DNA of 64,000 nt, from NCBI RefSeq assembly GCF_039928515.1, contig NZ_JBDSSZ010000114.1. One strand, written 5' to 3'. Both the position numbers and the translations under genes were made by a program. The stretch's first letter is position 1; each line of letters begins with the position of its first letter. The stretch comes from Capsulimonas sp. GTDB lineage: Bacteria; Armatimonadota; Armatimonadia; Armatimonadales; Capsulimonadaceae. Under the pieces are notes generated by a model that was not told the origin of the DNA, ran no database searches, and worked only from the letters and a program-made list of their open reading frames with translations. This document shows, piece by piece, positions 1 through 9,231 of this stretch.

Positions 1-290
1 TGAAATACAAAAACGAGGACGGTACGGCGAACGGCACACGGATTGTCGTGGGCATCGACGCCAATATGGAAGATTACCTCGCCGAGAGAGTGAGCGGCAA
101 AGTCGTCCAGGGAAAGCCCGGATATGACGATGTGGAATCCGTCTGGACACTCGTCCTTGAAAATGGGCGATGGCTGGTGGAGAACATCGAAGACGGCGCG
201 CTGACGCTCCAATACGCCAAGATCATGAACGAATTGTCCAAAGCAACGGCGGGATCCTCCGCCGCAAACGCCGCGCGCCGCGAAGCTTAA
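1..290 (+). CDS. 3' part of a gene entering from the left edge; possibly Tim44-like/NTF2-fold domain protein
   Basis: Frame is open from the window start (KYKNEDGT...IDANMEDYL...VESVWTLVLENGRWLVENIE). The W-T-L...W-x-V-x-N-I ending resembles Tim44-like C-termini. Confidence 0.5.
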   Translation, partial: KYKNEDGTANGTRIVVGIDANMEDYLAERVSGKVVQGKPGYDDVESVWTLVLENGRWLVENIEDGALTLQYAKIMNELSKATAGSSAANAARREA

Positions 291-322
291 TCGGTTCTGC
301 TCATCGCAGAAGCACTCACATC

Positions 323-357
323 ACAGGCCTTGTTCAACTCTGTTGGACAAGGCCTGT
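323..357. terminator. Stem-loop after the first gene
   Basis: ACAGGCCTTGTTCAAC-tct-GTTGGACAAGGCCTGT inverted repeat. Confidence 0.5.
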
Positions 358-401
358 CTGCTTTCGATAGAGTATAATAGGCGAATGAAAGCACTGCGTT
401 A

Positions 402-1352
402 TTGATGAACGAAACTCCGATACGGGAAGAACTTATCGGCATTTGGAACGGATCGGAGTTTCCGACACAAGAAACAACCATCGTGATCTGCCGGGATGGT
501 CGAGGACTCTACTTCTACTACTGCGGCAGTGATGACCGCGGAACATTCGTGGACGAGTTTGATTGGACGCTTGGCGATCAAAAGATCGACATTGTCTGGA
601 AAGAGCATCAGACGCCCCGCTGGGCGCTTCCGGGCTATGATGGGACGCAAACGGAAGACGACGAGGATGAGTTCGTCATTCTGCGCGACTCGCCGGACAT
701 CGCGGCCTGCTGGTTTCAGGATGAAGAGAAATCACGGCTCACGCTTGCCATCGACATCGATTTTGCCCACGCTCCCACCCTGCGGCGAGCGGGATCAGAC
801 CCGGTATTCGAAACCGAGCGGATACGCTTCAAAAACCTCGCCGAAAATTTCGATCCATTTGGCGAAGATCGTCAAGTGTGGTTTGTCGACGAGGAACACA
901 ATTGGATCAAAGGCGCCAGTGCGCCTAACCAATCTCATGATGAGTACCGGCCAGTCTCGGGAGCGCATCGGCTGCCGATCGTCCTCGGCTGCATCGGGCT
1001 GCTGCTGTCCATTCCACAGCATCCACCAGATACCCTCACCTTTCTTAGTGCGTTCATGAGCGCGCTCATTCCGCTATGCATTTTGAAGAACTTCCATAGC
1101 ACGCCCGTTTCCAATGCCCATGACGGATGGTACGTACGCAAATATGCCCAGATGTATGTCAGTATCGCCCTGTGGTACTGCATCTACGCCTCCGTTGTGC
1201 TGATCGCTCATATTGACCATCATTGGAAAGGCAACTGGCTCGTTCCAATGATGCTAATTGCCATCGGGACATACACGCCCATTCTGATCTTCGGTCACGA
1301 GCTGCGACGCCAATTTGGAATTATGGGTCGCTGGATACGAAACATGCGCTGA
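402..1352 (+). CDS. Hypothetical protein: acidic soluble N-terminal domain plus about 4 C-terminal TM helices
   Basis: 316-aa ORF, TATAAT upstream, hydrophobic C-terminal segments. Confidence 0.6.
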   Translation: MMNETPIREELIGIWNGSEFPTQETTIVICRDGRGLYFYYCGSDDRGTFVDEFDWTLGDQKIDIVWKEHQTPRWALPGYDGTQTEDDEDEFVILRDSPDIAACWFQDEEKSRLTLAIDIDFAHAPTLRRAGSDPVFETERIRFKNLAENFDPFGEDRQVWFVDEEHNWIKGASAPNQSHDEYRPVSGAHRLPIVLGCIGLLLSIPQHPPDTLTFLSAFMSALIPLCILKNFHSTPVSNAHDGWYVRKYAQMYVSIALWYCIYASVVLIAHIDHHWKGNWLVPMMLIAIGTYTPILIFGHELRRQFGIMGRWIRNMR

Positions 1353-1567
1353 TTACTGGGATATTCAGTGAGCGTAACGACCGTGAAATCTCCGGCGGGA
1401 GATCCGGGGAAGACCGGCCCCCACTCGCGCATGATTACCGTCGCCTGCGCCGCCAGATCGGCTTCCGGCTTCATCAAAATCACGCACGTCCCATGTTCAA
1501 AGAGCACCCACGACTTCTTCTCTCCCACGATGATATGACGCCAAGCATCGACAAGCGTTTCAGGCAT
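1295..1567 (-). pseudogene. Probably 3'-truncated small conserved hypothetical gene (SWVLFEHGTCV...GPVxxGSPAGDF family)
   Basis: N-terminus resembles a family of about 120-aa proteins. After TLTEYP it runs into the antisense strand of the 402-1352 gene, overlapping it by 58 nt. Confidence 0.45.
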
Positions 1568-1635
1568 TTTCGGCTCCTCATAATAAGTGTATCCAGAACA
1601 CTATTTTACCATAGTCCGCTTGGTTTCAAACGGCT

Positions 1636-2886
1636 TTAACTCCCATACCAAATCACCAGCGTCCGCAGGGCGCTTCGGTCCGTCAGCATGTTGGTGCGGA
1701 AGCGCTCGGTTGGGATATCCAACAGGGGCGTGACGCCGTGCTGGTGGTCGACGATCATCAGGGCGCGTTCGATGCAGGAGGCGTTGGGGGCGGTGAGGCC
1801 TTCGCTGGCGGCGTAGGCGCGGGCGAACCAGCAAATGAGGGGATAGGTAAGCAGGAGGGAGTTAACGCCGTCGAGGTAGTTTCGGCCGTAGAAGGATGGG
1901 CCGAAGAAGCCCATGCTGGAGAGATGGGTGTGCAGGTAGCGCTCCAGGACCTGGGCGGCTTCGGGAGTGGGAACGCCGGTTTCGGTCTCCATTTGATCGA
2001 AGGTGATTTCGGGGAAGTTGTCGCGCAGTTGGGGGACAGCGCCTTTGCCGCTGAGCATGGCGAGGGAGACGCTGAGGCGCTTTGTCAGATGCGCTTTCTC
2101 CCCCACCCGGTCGTAGCGGCTGTACAGGCCGGCTAGCTGCCGAAAGGCGACGTGCTCCGGGCCGGACGGCGACTTGCGGCGCAGCGTGTCGATCGCGGCG
2201 GTGGACTGGACCTCGGCGGCGACGTCTTCCAGATACTCGTCGAACTCTTCCCCTTCCAGCGTGGCGATGCGTGGGTGGCGCAGCACGGCGGCGAGATTGA
2301 CGCAGGCGGTGATCCTGCGGGTGATGTCCAGCGAAACGTCCAGCAGAACGCGCTCGAAGGTCTCGGTGACGCGGGAGAGCTGCGCCCAGGTGAGCTTCAC
2401 GCGGCCGTAAAGCGGCGGCGGCGGTAGCTCGGCGGCGTTCTCGGGCAGCGCCGGTTTGACGAGTTTCTGCAAGTCCTTGCGATGATCGGCGATGGGACGG
2501 CCCAGATTTTTCGCGGTGGCGGGGCAGTCGTATCGCACGTCCACGCGTACGTCGTCGCCAAGCGGAACCAGAACGAAGGGATACATGCGGCACGCCACGG
2601 GCTTGGCCGGCTCCCCGTATTTTGCGTGGATGCGGCAGAGGTTATTTTCCAGGAAGACGCATGCGCCGTCGGGACGATGCGCGAGCTGAAAGCCGTCACC
2701 ATGACGGGTAAAGAGAGGCTTTCCGTCCAGATCGAGATCCTCATCGGTCCAGCCCTGGCTCTCGATCCGGTCGCGATCTTCCTGCGTCACCACAATCGCA
2801 AAACGGCCTCGGCAGCAGTCGCCGCAGCTCGTGCAGTCGTAGTGCTGGAATCCCGGCGGAGTGATCAATTTCAGCGGTATTTTCAA
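1636..2886 (-). CDS. YkgJ/CxxCxxCC family cysteine-cluster protein (FliB-like length)
   Basis: CTSCGDCC, CVFL, CRIH, KPVACRMYPF, DCP motifs; 416 aa. Confidence 0.8.
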   Translation of the reverse strand: MKIPLKLITPPGFQHYDCTSCGDCCRGRFAIVVTQEDRDRIESQGWTDEDLDLDGKPLFTRHGDGFQLAHRPDGACVFLENNLCRIHAKYGEPAKPVACRMYPFVLVPLGDDVRVDVRYDCPATAKNLGRPIADHRKDLQKLVKPALPENAAELPPPPLYGRVKLTWAQLSRVTETFERVLLDVSLDITRRITACVNLAAVLRHPRIATLEGEEFDEYLEDVAAEVQSTAAIDTLRRKSPSGPEHVAFRQLAGLYSRYDRVGEKAHLTKRLSVSLAMLSGKGAVPQLRDNFPEITFDQMETETGVPTPEAAQVLERYLHTHLSSMGFFGPSFYGRNYLDGVNSLLLTYPLICWFARAYAASEGLTAPNASCIERALMIVDHQHGVTPLLDIPTERFRTNMLTDRSALRTLVIWYGS

Positions 2887-2920
2887 ATTTCTGAATTCCT
2901 TAAGAACGCCGCTCGCGTAA

Positions 2921-2955
2921 AAAATAGGGACGCCGTGTCACGGCGTCCCTATTTT
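2921..2955. terminator. Intrinsic terminator of the Ig-repeat gene (could be bidirectional)
   Basis: AAAATAGGGACGCCGTG-t-CACGGCGTCCCTATTTT perfect inverted repeat. Confidence 0.8.
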
Positions 2956-2985
2956 ACCGACCCAGAACCGCTCCGCGTTCCGCCC

Positions 2986-5175
2986 TTAGTTCACCTGACC
3001 GGTCAGCGCCGAGGCCGTGCTGCTCGTCCAGGACGATCCACTAAGCGCGTATCCGCTGGAGGTTTTCCCGAAGTGGATCGTCATGGCGTCGGCCCCGCCC
3101 TGAGATATGCCCGTCCCAAACAGGTTATTGTTTTTGTCCAAATATCCGATGCCGTCCGTCACAACGCCATTGCCCGCTTCCATGTGATAGAGCACGGTGG
3201 CGTTCGCGGCGACATTCACACGCAGCAGTGCGCCGGTGACGCCAACCCTCAGCATTCCACTGTGCGTTCCCAGGATCCCCGGAGCCGTGGCCGCAAGCCC
3301 AAGATTGACAGACGCCTTGCTTCCAAGGCTCCCGTCAGCGTTGATCGCCTGAAGCACGCCATTGAGGATCTGCTTCTCGGTATCCGTTTGAAGCTGCCCC
3401 ATTAAAGTGACTTCGCTATGGAGAGTATTATACTTCACGACCATCACGTTCGCGCTGCTCAGTGTTCCCGCAATTGCGACCGCATGAGTTTGACCGCTCT
3501 GCTCGACGACCGTCATCGTTCCAGACAATGCGCCTCGGGAATTGACTTGACACGCCAGCAGAGACGCCTGAGCGTTGATATCTGACGGCGCGACGATATT
3601 CCCCACGTACGAAACAGACGATGATGCCGGCGGAGGCGGCGGGGCCGGCGCCACGGTCAAAGTCGTGGTCTTTGTCACCCCGCTGTAGGAGGCGGTGATC
3701 GTGACCACGGTGCTCGAATTGACGGGCTTGGTCACAATCGTGAACGTCCTGGAGGCTGTTCCTGCCGCAATCAGCGCCGGAGACACGACGGTCGCCAGAC
3801 TGCTGTTGCTGCTCGTGACAATCACTGACGCGCCTGCGGCGGGCGCGGGGCCATTGAGATTCACCGCGCCGACCGAAGAGTTTCCACCGATCACAATGTA
3901 CGGAGTGGCGGTCACGGACGCCAGAGCGATGGGCGTAACCGTCAGTGTGGCGGTTTTGGTGACGCCGGCGTAAGTGGCGGAAATAGTGACGACCGTCCCG
4001 ACGGTCACGGGCTTGGTCACAATCGAAAATGTCTTCGACACTGTGCCCGAAGCGACTACCACCGGTGAGACGACAGTCGCGACGTTCGTGTTGCTGCTGG
4101 CCACGGCAACCGAGGCCCCGGCGGGGGGCGTTATTCCCGTGAGCGAGATCGTCCCGACGGAAGAAGCGCCGCCGCCGACGCTGGCGGGAGAGATAGTCAA
4201 AGCCGACAGCGCCGCCGGCGGCGCCGTCACGGTCAATGTCGCGGTTTTGGAGATACCACCGTAAGTCGCTGTGATTGTGACGACAGTCGCGGTCGCGACC
4301 GGCTTCGTGGTGATGGCGAACGTCTTATAGTATGAGCCGCCGGGAACGAGGACCGGCGAGGCAACGGTGGCGGCGCTCGTATTGCTGCTCGTAACGGCGA
4401 CGATGGCGCCGGACGCGGCGGTGAACCCATTCAGCGTGAGGATTCCAGACGAAGCCGCCCCACCAACAACGCTGACCGGCGTCACTGCTAAACTGGAAAG
4501 CGCAGGAGGTGTGACGGTGAGGGTCGCGCTCCTGCTCACTCCGCCATAGCTGGCGGTGATGGTGACGACAGTCGCAGTCGCGACCGGCTTGGTGGTAATG
4601 GCGAACGTCTTTGAATATGCGCCGGTCGCCACCAGGACGGGCGAGGTCACCGTGGCGGCGTTCGTGTTGCTGCTTGCGACGGCCACCGAGACGTTCGCCG
4701 CAGCCAGCCCGGTCAGCCGGATCAGCGCGGTGGACCCCGCGCCGCCGACGACGCTGACCGGCGAGATATTGAGTGTCGACAAAGTCGGCGGCGTCACCGT
4801 CAACGTCGCGCTCTTACTCACTCCGCCGTAACTCGCCGTAATCGTGACAACCGCCGTGGCAATCACGGGCTTCGTGGTGACGACGAATGTCCTTGACGCC
4901 GTACCAGAGGCAACGACCACCGGCGATACAACCGTGGCGATATTCGTATTGCTGCTCGAAACGACAACGGAGGCGCCGGAACCCAGAGCCGCTCCCGTCA
5001 GCGCAATCGCGCCGATCGACCCCGATCCGCCGACGACAGTGCTGGGCGAAACAGAAAGAGAGGACAGTGTGATGGCGGCCCCGGCGGGCGCGCCGTAGAC
5101 GCCGCCCAAACAAACGATGGCAAAGAGAAGCAGCAGGACGGAACGGAAAGCGGAGCGGAAGGGCTATATTCGCAT
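2986..5175 (-). CDS. Secreted/surface protein with five ~95-aa Ig-like repeats; in-frame TAG at codon 4 (possible pseudogene)
   Basis: Repeats LSSLSVSPxxVVGG...SSSNT..ATVxSP...KTFxxTTKPV...VTITAxYGGVSKxATLTV. ATG at 5175 with GGAGAA RBS reads MRI*PFRSAFRSVLLLLFAIVCLGG (signal peptide). The ORF track starts at TTG 5109. Confidence 0.75.
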
Positions 5176-5294
5176 GACGTAGGTATTCTCCAGAAGCTCC
5201 CGTACAAATACGAAGAGAAGCTTACTTATTATAACGTAGATTTTCGTGAACGAGAGCGGCGATCTGCGATCCCTAAGGTAAAGACAGCGTTCTT

Positions 5295-5320
5295 ACAATG
5301 GGACCAAACGATCCCATTGT
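5295..5320. promoter_or_regulatory. Paired inverted operator-like boxes (ATGGGACCAA / ACGATCCCAT)
   Basis: ACAATGGGA-ccaaacga-TCCCATTGT. The first box is identical to the one at 48057. Confidence 0.55.
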
Positions 5321-5501
5321 CTCATCTCTGTGTTTGGTTCAATCCTCTGAGATTGTACGGATACGTGTTTTCGAGTTCGCTTTCCCAGGCAAATGCTTAA
5401 CGATTGAAAATAAATTCATATGTCAATAACTATCAATAAATTACTAACATAGGTATACGCACCCTATTTACACCAAAATGTAGCAAAAGCAATAATTGTT
5501 C

Positions 5502-5548
5502 TTGACAGACTTCCTACCCCTTGATATAATGGGGACGGTTTGAGCCAT
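5502..5548 (+). promoter_or_regulatory. Consensus sigma70 promoter of the GH16 gene with a downstream degenerate box TTTGAGCCAT
   Basis: TTGACA (5502-5507), 17 nt, TATAAT (5525-5530). Confidence 0.8.
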
Positions 5549-5722
5549 ACGGGCTTACAAGCGATAGCAAATTTGATTTGTGTTCTAATAGATACAATTG
5601 CGATTCAGATCGCAAATCATGGCTAGTGTAAGACGCGCCTCAATCCATTCATGGCCGGTTCAAAAACCGCCGGTCACTTTCTCACATTTCAGAGTTGAAG
5701 AGAGATAAGGAGTTCGCGGAGC

Positions 5723-7051
5723 ATGCACACCCCCTTAGATTGTAAACTTAGCAAAACAGGTATTTCCCGGAAGATGGATCGACGCGCCGTTAAGATGATG
5801 GCGCTGGCGGCGTCTACTCTGCTTGTCCTCGGGATCGGCAAAACATCACATGCACAGGCTCCGGGCGGTATGGGGCTGGTTTGGGCCGATGAGTTCTCCG
5901 ACGCGCGCAACGGGGCGACTCCCGCCGGCGTCTACTGGAACTACGATACCGGCGGCGGCGGCTGGGGCAACAACGAGCTGCAAAACTACACCAGCAACGC
6001 GGACAACGCGCATGAGGTCTACGACGGCACCGGGACTGACGGCTCCGCGATGCAGATCAAGGCGACGAACTCTGCGGGAACCTGGTACTCGGCGCGTCTG
6101 AAGACCGCCGGCAAAGTCTCCATGGGGCCGTATGGCTACTACGAAACGCGCTGTAAGTTCCCAAATGGCGGCAAAGGCTATTGGCCCGCGTTCTGGTTCC
6201 TGGGCAACAACATCGGCTCGGTCGGCTGGCCCACCTGCGGCGAGATCGACGTCGCCGAGGAGATCAACGGCCAGTGGGAAAACCACCAGAGCCTGCACAT
6301 GCCCGGCTGGGATCCGACCTTGCAGACCACGCCCAACAGCTCCACGACCACCTATCACAACTACGGCGTGAACTGGCAGCCCGGCTACTGCGCCTTCTAC
6401 GTCGACGGCGCCTTCACCGGCCAGTTCAACCAGGGCGGTGGCGGCAACTGGGTCTTTAACAACCAGACGATGTACATGCTGCTCAATCTTGCAGTCGGCG
6501 GCAACTGGCCCGGCAACCCGGACGGCACGACAGCGGGGACCGCCTACTTCAACGTGGACTATGTGCGCCAGTATCAGAACGGCGCGCCGGCCATCCAGAA
6601 CGGCGTCTACGAAATATCCGCCTCCACCACCGGCAACGCGCTAGACTGTTATGGCGCAGCCAACACGAACGGAACGCCGATCCAGCTCTGGCCCTACGCC
6701 GGCACGAACAATCAGAAGTGGCAAGTTACCAACCTGAACAACGGCTACTATTCGATTCGGACGATCAACCCCGACGGCAGCGTCGGCCGCAGCCTGGACT
6801 GCACCGGCTGCAGCCCGAACGACGGAACCGTGGTCGAGCTCTGGGATTACAACGGCGCTGCGTGCCAGCAGTGGCAGATCACGCAAACGTCCGGCGGACG
6901 GTTTGTCATCGCCACGGCGGGGACGAAGGCCGGCGGCGCGCATGATGTTCTGGACGGCCAGAACTGCTCCGGAGCAAACAATACCCGCATCCTGCTCTGG
7001 GGCTGGGGCGGCGGCGGCTGCCAGCAGACCTGGGACTTCATCCGAAGATAA
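5723..7051 (+). CDS. Secreted GH16 glycoside hydrolase (beta-1,3-glucanase-like) with C-terminal ricin-B/CBM13 lectin
   Basis: LVWADEF, WGNNELQNY, WPAFW, catalytic EIDVAE, NLAVGGNWPG, VDYVR; QxW repeats at the C-terminus; signal peptide ending AHA-like (SHA-Q). Confidence 0.9.
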   Translation: MHTPLDCKLSKTGISRKMDRRAVKMMALAASTLLVLGIGKTSHAQAPGGMGLVWADEFSDARNGATPAGVYWNYDTGGGGWGNNELQNYTSNADNAHEVYDGTGTDGSAMQIKATNSAGTWYSARLKTAGKVSMGPYGYYETRCKFPNGGKGYWPAFWFLGNNIGSVGWPTCGEIDVAEEINGQWENHQSLHMPGWDPTLQTTPNSSTTTYHNYGVNWQPGYCAFYVDGAFTGQFNQGGGGNWVFNNQTMYMLLNLAVGGNWPGNPDGTTAGTAYFNVDYVRQYQNGAPAIQNGVYEISASTTGNALDCYGAANTNGTPIQLWPYAGTNNQKWQVTNLNNGYYSIRTINPDGSVGRSLDCTGCSPNDGTVVELWDYNGAACQQWQITQTSGGRFVIATAGTKAGGAHDVLDGQNCSGANNTRILLWGWGGGGCQQTWDFIRR

Positions 7052-7102
7052 TCCTGTGTGCTGGTTCTCAACTCAGACGCGAAGAAATTGCTTAAAAAGC
7101 TA

Positions 7103-7146
7103 TTGACACAATGCAACCTCATGACGAATAATCGTCATGAGGTTGC
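7103..7146 (+). promoter_or_regulatory. TTGACA followed by a perfect 15-bp-arm palindrome (operator or terminator)
   Basis: GCAACCTCATGACGA-ataa-TCGTCATGAGGTTGC at 7113-7146. Confidence 0.45.
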
Positions 7147-7222
7147 CCGTACGGTAATCGTCGTCGAATATTGCGCTCTCTCCAACGAGTGCGGCGTTAC
7201 AAGCGAATGTAAGAGGTGAGAT

Positions 7223-9013
7223 TTGCTGGTAAGTCGAGTAACGAAAGTAGTTTCCACATTGGCCGCAGTCGCGTTCGTGGCGGCTTGCGCCGACGGCTCC
7301 GCGCGGGGCGCGGAAGCCCCCCTGCCCCATTCCACTGTCGCAGGCGTGTTCGCCACGGACATCCAGGGATCGTTCGTCGGCGCAAACGGACCAGAAGGCG
7401 TCGCCGCCGAAGTCGACGGACATCCGATCCTTCTCCGTGATGTGACATCGATCTGTCTGCGCAAGTACCGCACGCCGATCATCGATCAGATGATCCAAAA
7501 CTATGTTGTGGGCCGGGAATGTGAAAAGAAAGGCATTGTGGTCCCAGAAGCCGAAGTCGACAAGTCCGTGGAGCAGCTGCGTAAAAATGTCGCCCCAGCA
7601 ACCCTAGACGATGTGATCGCCCAGCACCATTCCACGATGGCGGAAGTGCGGACGGCGTTTCGGAACAAGATCCAGCGCGGACGTCTCGTCGCCGATCAAG
7701 TCCCCGCCACTGCGATGGCCCATTGCCGCGCGATTTTCATCAAATTTGCCCCGGAAGGCGCTCCCGTGGCTGTGGCCGGAACGGCTCGTACGGAAGCCAA
7801 CGCCCGGGCCCTGATCGCCATTATCCAGTCTGAACTGACCAAGGGCAAAGAGTTTGGCGACATGGCGGCCAAATACTCCGAAGTGGAGCCCAAGAGCGCA
7901 GCGGGCGATATTGGGGTGCTGTATCCCGGCGTTCGTGAGATCGATCCCGCCGTCGCGGATACCGCGCTGACGCTCGCCAAGGGCAAAGTGTCCGAACAGG
8001 TGCGAACGCACAACGGTTTCTGGCTCCTCCAAGCAATCAGCACGAGCGCGGATCATCCCGCTGGCGAAGACGCCGCTTATAAGGCCGCACACGATACCTA
8101 CGTCGATCAGCAGGCGCAGTTCCTCACACCCAAGTTTGTCGTGGACCTGATCGAGAAGTCCCATATCACCTTCGCTACGGACTCCGAATGTGATCTTGCG
8201 GCGGGCAAGCCGATGCCGGAAGCCGCCGCAACCGTGGACGGACACGTGATCCCGATGAAGGATGTCGCCGCCAAATGCGTTGCGGAGAACGGCCCTCGCG
8301 TCGTCGATATCCTCGTGCAGAACTACCTCGTCAACCAGGAATGTCAACGGCTCGGCGTCGCTGTCCCCGAAACGGAAGTGGATGCGCGCCTCGACAAGCT
8401 GCGAAAACTGATTGCGCCCAACACCATTGACGCCGGACTGGTCGCCCGTCATATGACTCTCGCGGAGCTGCGCGACAGCTTCCAGCAGGACATGAAGCGC
8501 GTCCGACTCGTCCAGGATCAGGTAAAGCCCACGAAAATGGCGCACTGCCGAGCGATTCTGATCAAATTCCAGCAGCCAGGGAACTTGACCGTAGCAGGCG
8601 TCAAGCCTCGTACGAAAATCGAAGCGCTGGCCCTGATCAAAACCATTCAAGCGCAGCTGAAAAACGGCAAAGACTTCGGCGATCTTGCGGACAAATATTC
8701 TGAGATGGAGCCAAAAACGGCTAATGGGGACATCGGTGTCCTCTACTTGGGTATGCACGATATGGACACCGGCGTAATGGAGGCGGGACTGGCGCTGGAC
8801 AAAGGCAAAACCACGGCGGAGCCAATCACCACGGTACTCGGCTACTGTCTCGTCCAATCCATCAGCACCAGCGATGACCATCCTAAAGCCGAAGACGCCG
8901 CATATCACAACACTCTCAGCATCTACAAAGAACAGCAATCTCAGACCCTCACTCCACAGGCGATTGTCGAGCTGATCAAAAAAAGCAAGGTTGTTTATTA
9001 CGTCCATGCCTAA
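7223..9013 (+). CDS. Exported peptidyl-prolyl isomerase/foldase (PrsA/SurA-like) with two tandem SurA_N+parvulin units
   Basis: Two copies of A.VDGH.I...QNY.V..EC...HCRAI.IKF...GK.FGD.A.KYSE.EPK...GDIG. Confidence 0.85.
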   Translation: MLVSRVTKVVSTLAAVAFVAACADGSARGAEAPLPHSTVAGVFATDIQGSFVGANGPEGVAAEVDGHPILLRDVTSICLRKYRTPIIDQMIQNYVVGRECEKKGIVVPEAEVDKSVEQLRKNVAPATLDDVIAQHHSTMAEVRTAFRNKIQRGRLVADQVPATAMAHCRAIFIKFAPEGAPVAVAGTARTEANARALIAIIQSELTKGKEFGDMAAKYSEVEPKSAAGDIGVLYPGVREIDPAVADTALTLAKGKVSEQVRTHNGFWLLQAISTSADHPAGEDAAYKAAHDTYVDQQAQFLTPKFVVDLIEKSHITFATDSECDLAAGKPMPEAAATVDGHVIPMKDVAAKCVAENGPRVVDILVQNYLVNQECQRLGVAVPETEVDARLDKLRKLIAPNTIDAGLVARHMTLAELRDSFQQDMKRVRLVQDQVKPTKMAHCRAILIKFQQPGNLTVAGVKPRTKIEALALIKTIQAQLKNGKDFGDLADKYSEMEPKTANGDIGVLYLGMHDMDTGVMEAGLALDKGKTTAEPITTVLGYCLVQSISTSDDHPKAEDAAYHNTLSIYKEQQSQTLTPQAIVELIKKSKVVYYVHA

Positions 9014-9231
9014 AACCAGGGAACTCCCGGAGTAGTTCGAAAAGTATTCATGTTAAAATAGCTCGGTGTTTGAGGAATATTTGAGGGCGACGCGATATTC
9101 TGTAGACGCCTGGTTCGCCGTCCGATCCAGATCGTTTGCGTTTGCAGCGATTGGAACTGGAAACACGGCGCGCTTTTCCTCAACGCCGCTGCGAAAACGC
9201 GTGACTAGGACACCGCCACACTGGGGAAAGC

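Noticed and set aside
5164-5166. Pyrrolysine recoding of the TAG
   Set aside because: No pyl genes are in the window, TAG ends ordinary genes here, and the codon lies in a signal peptide.
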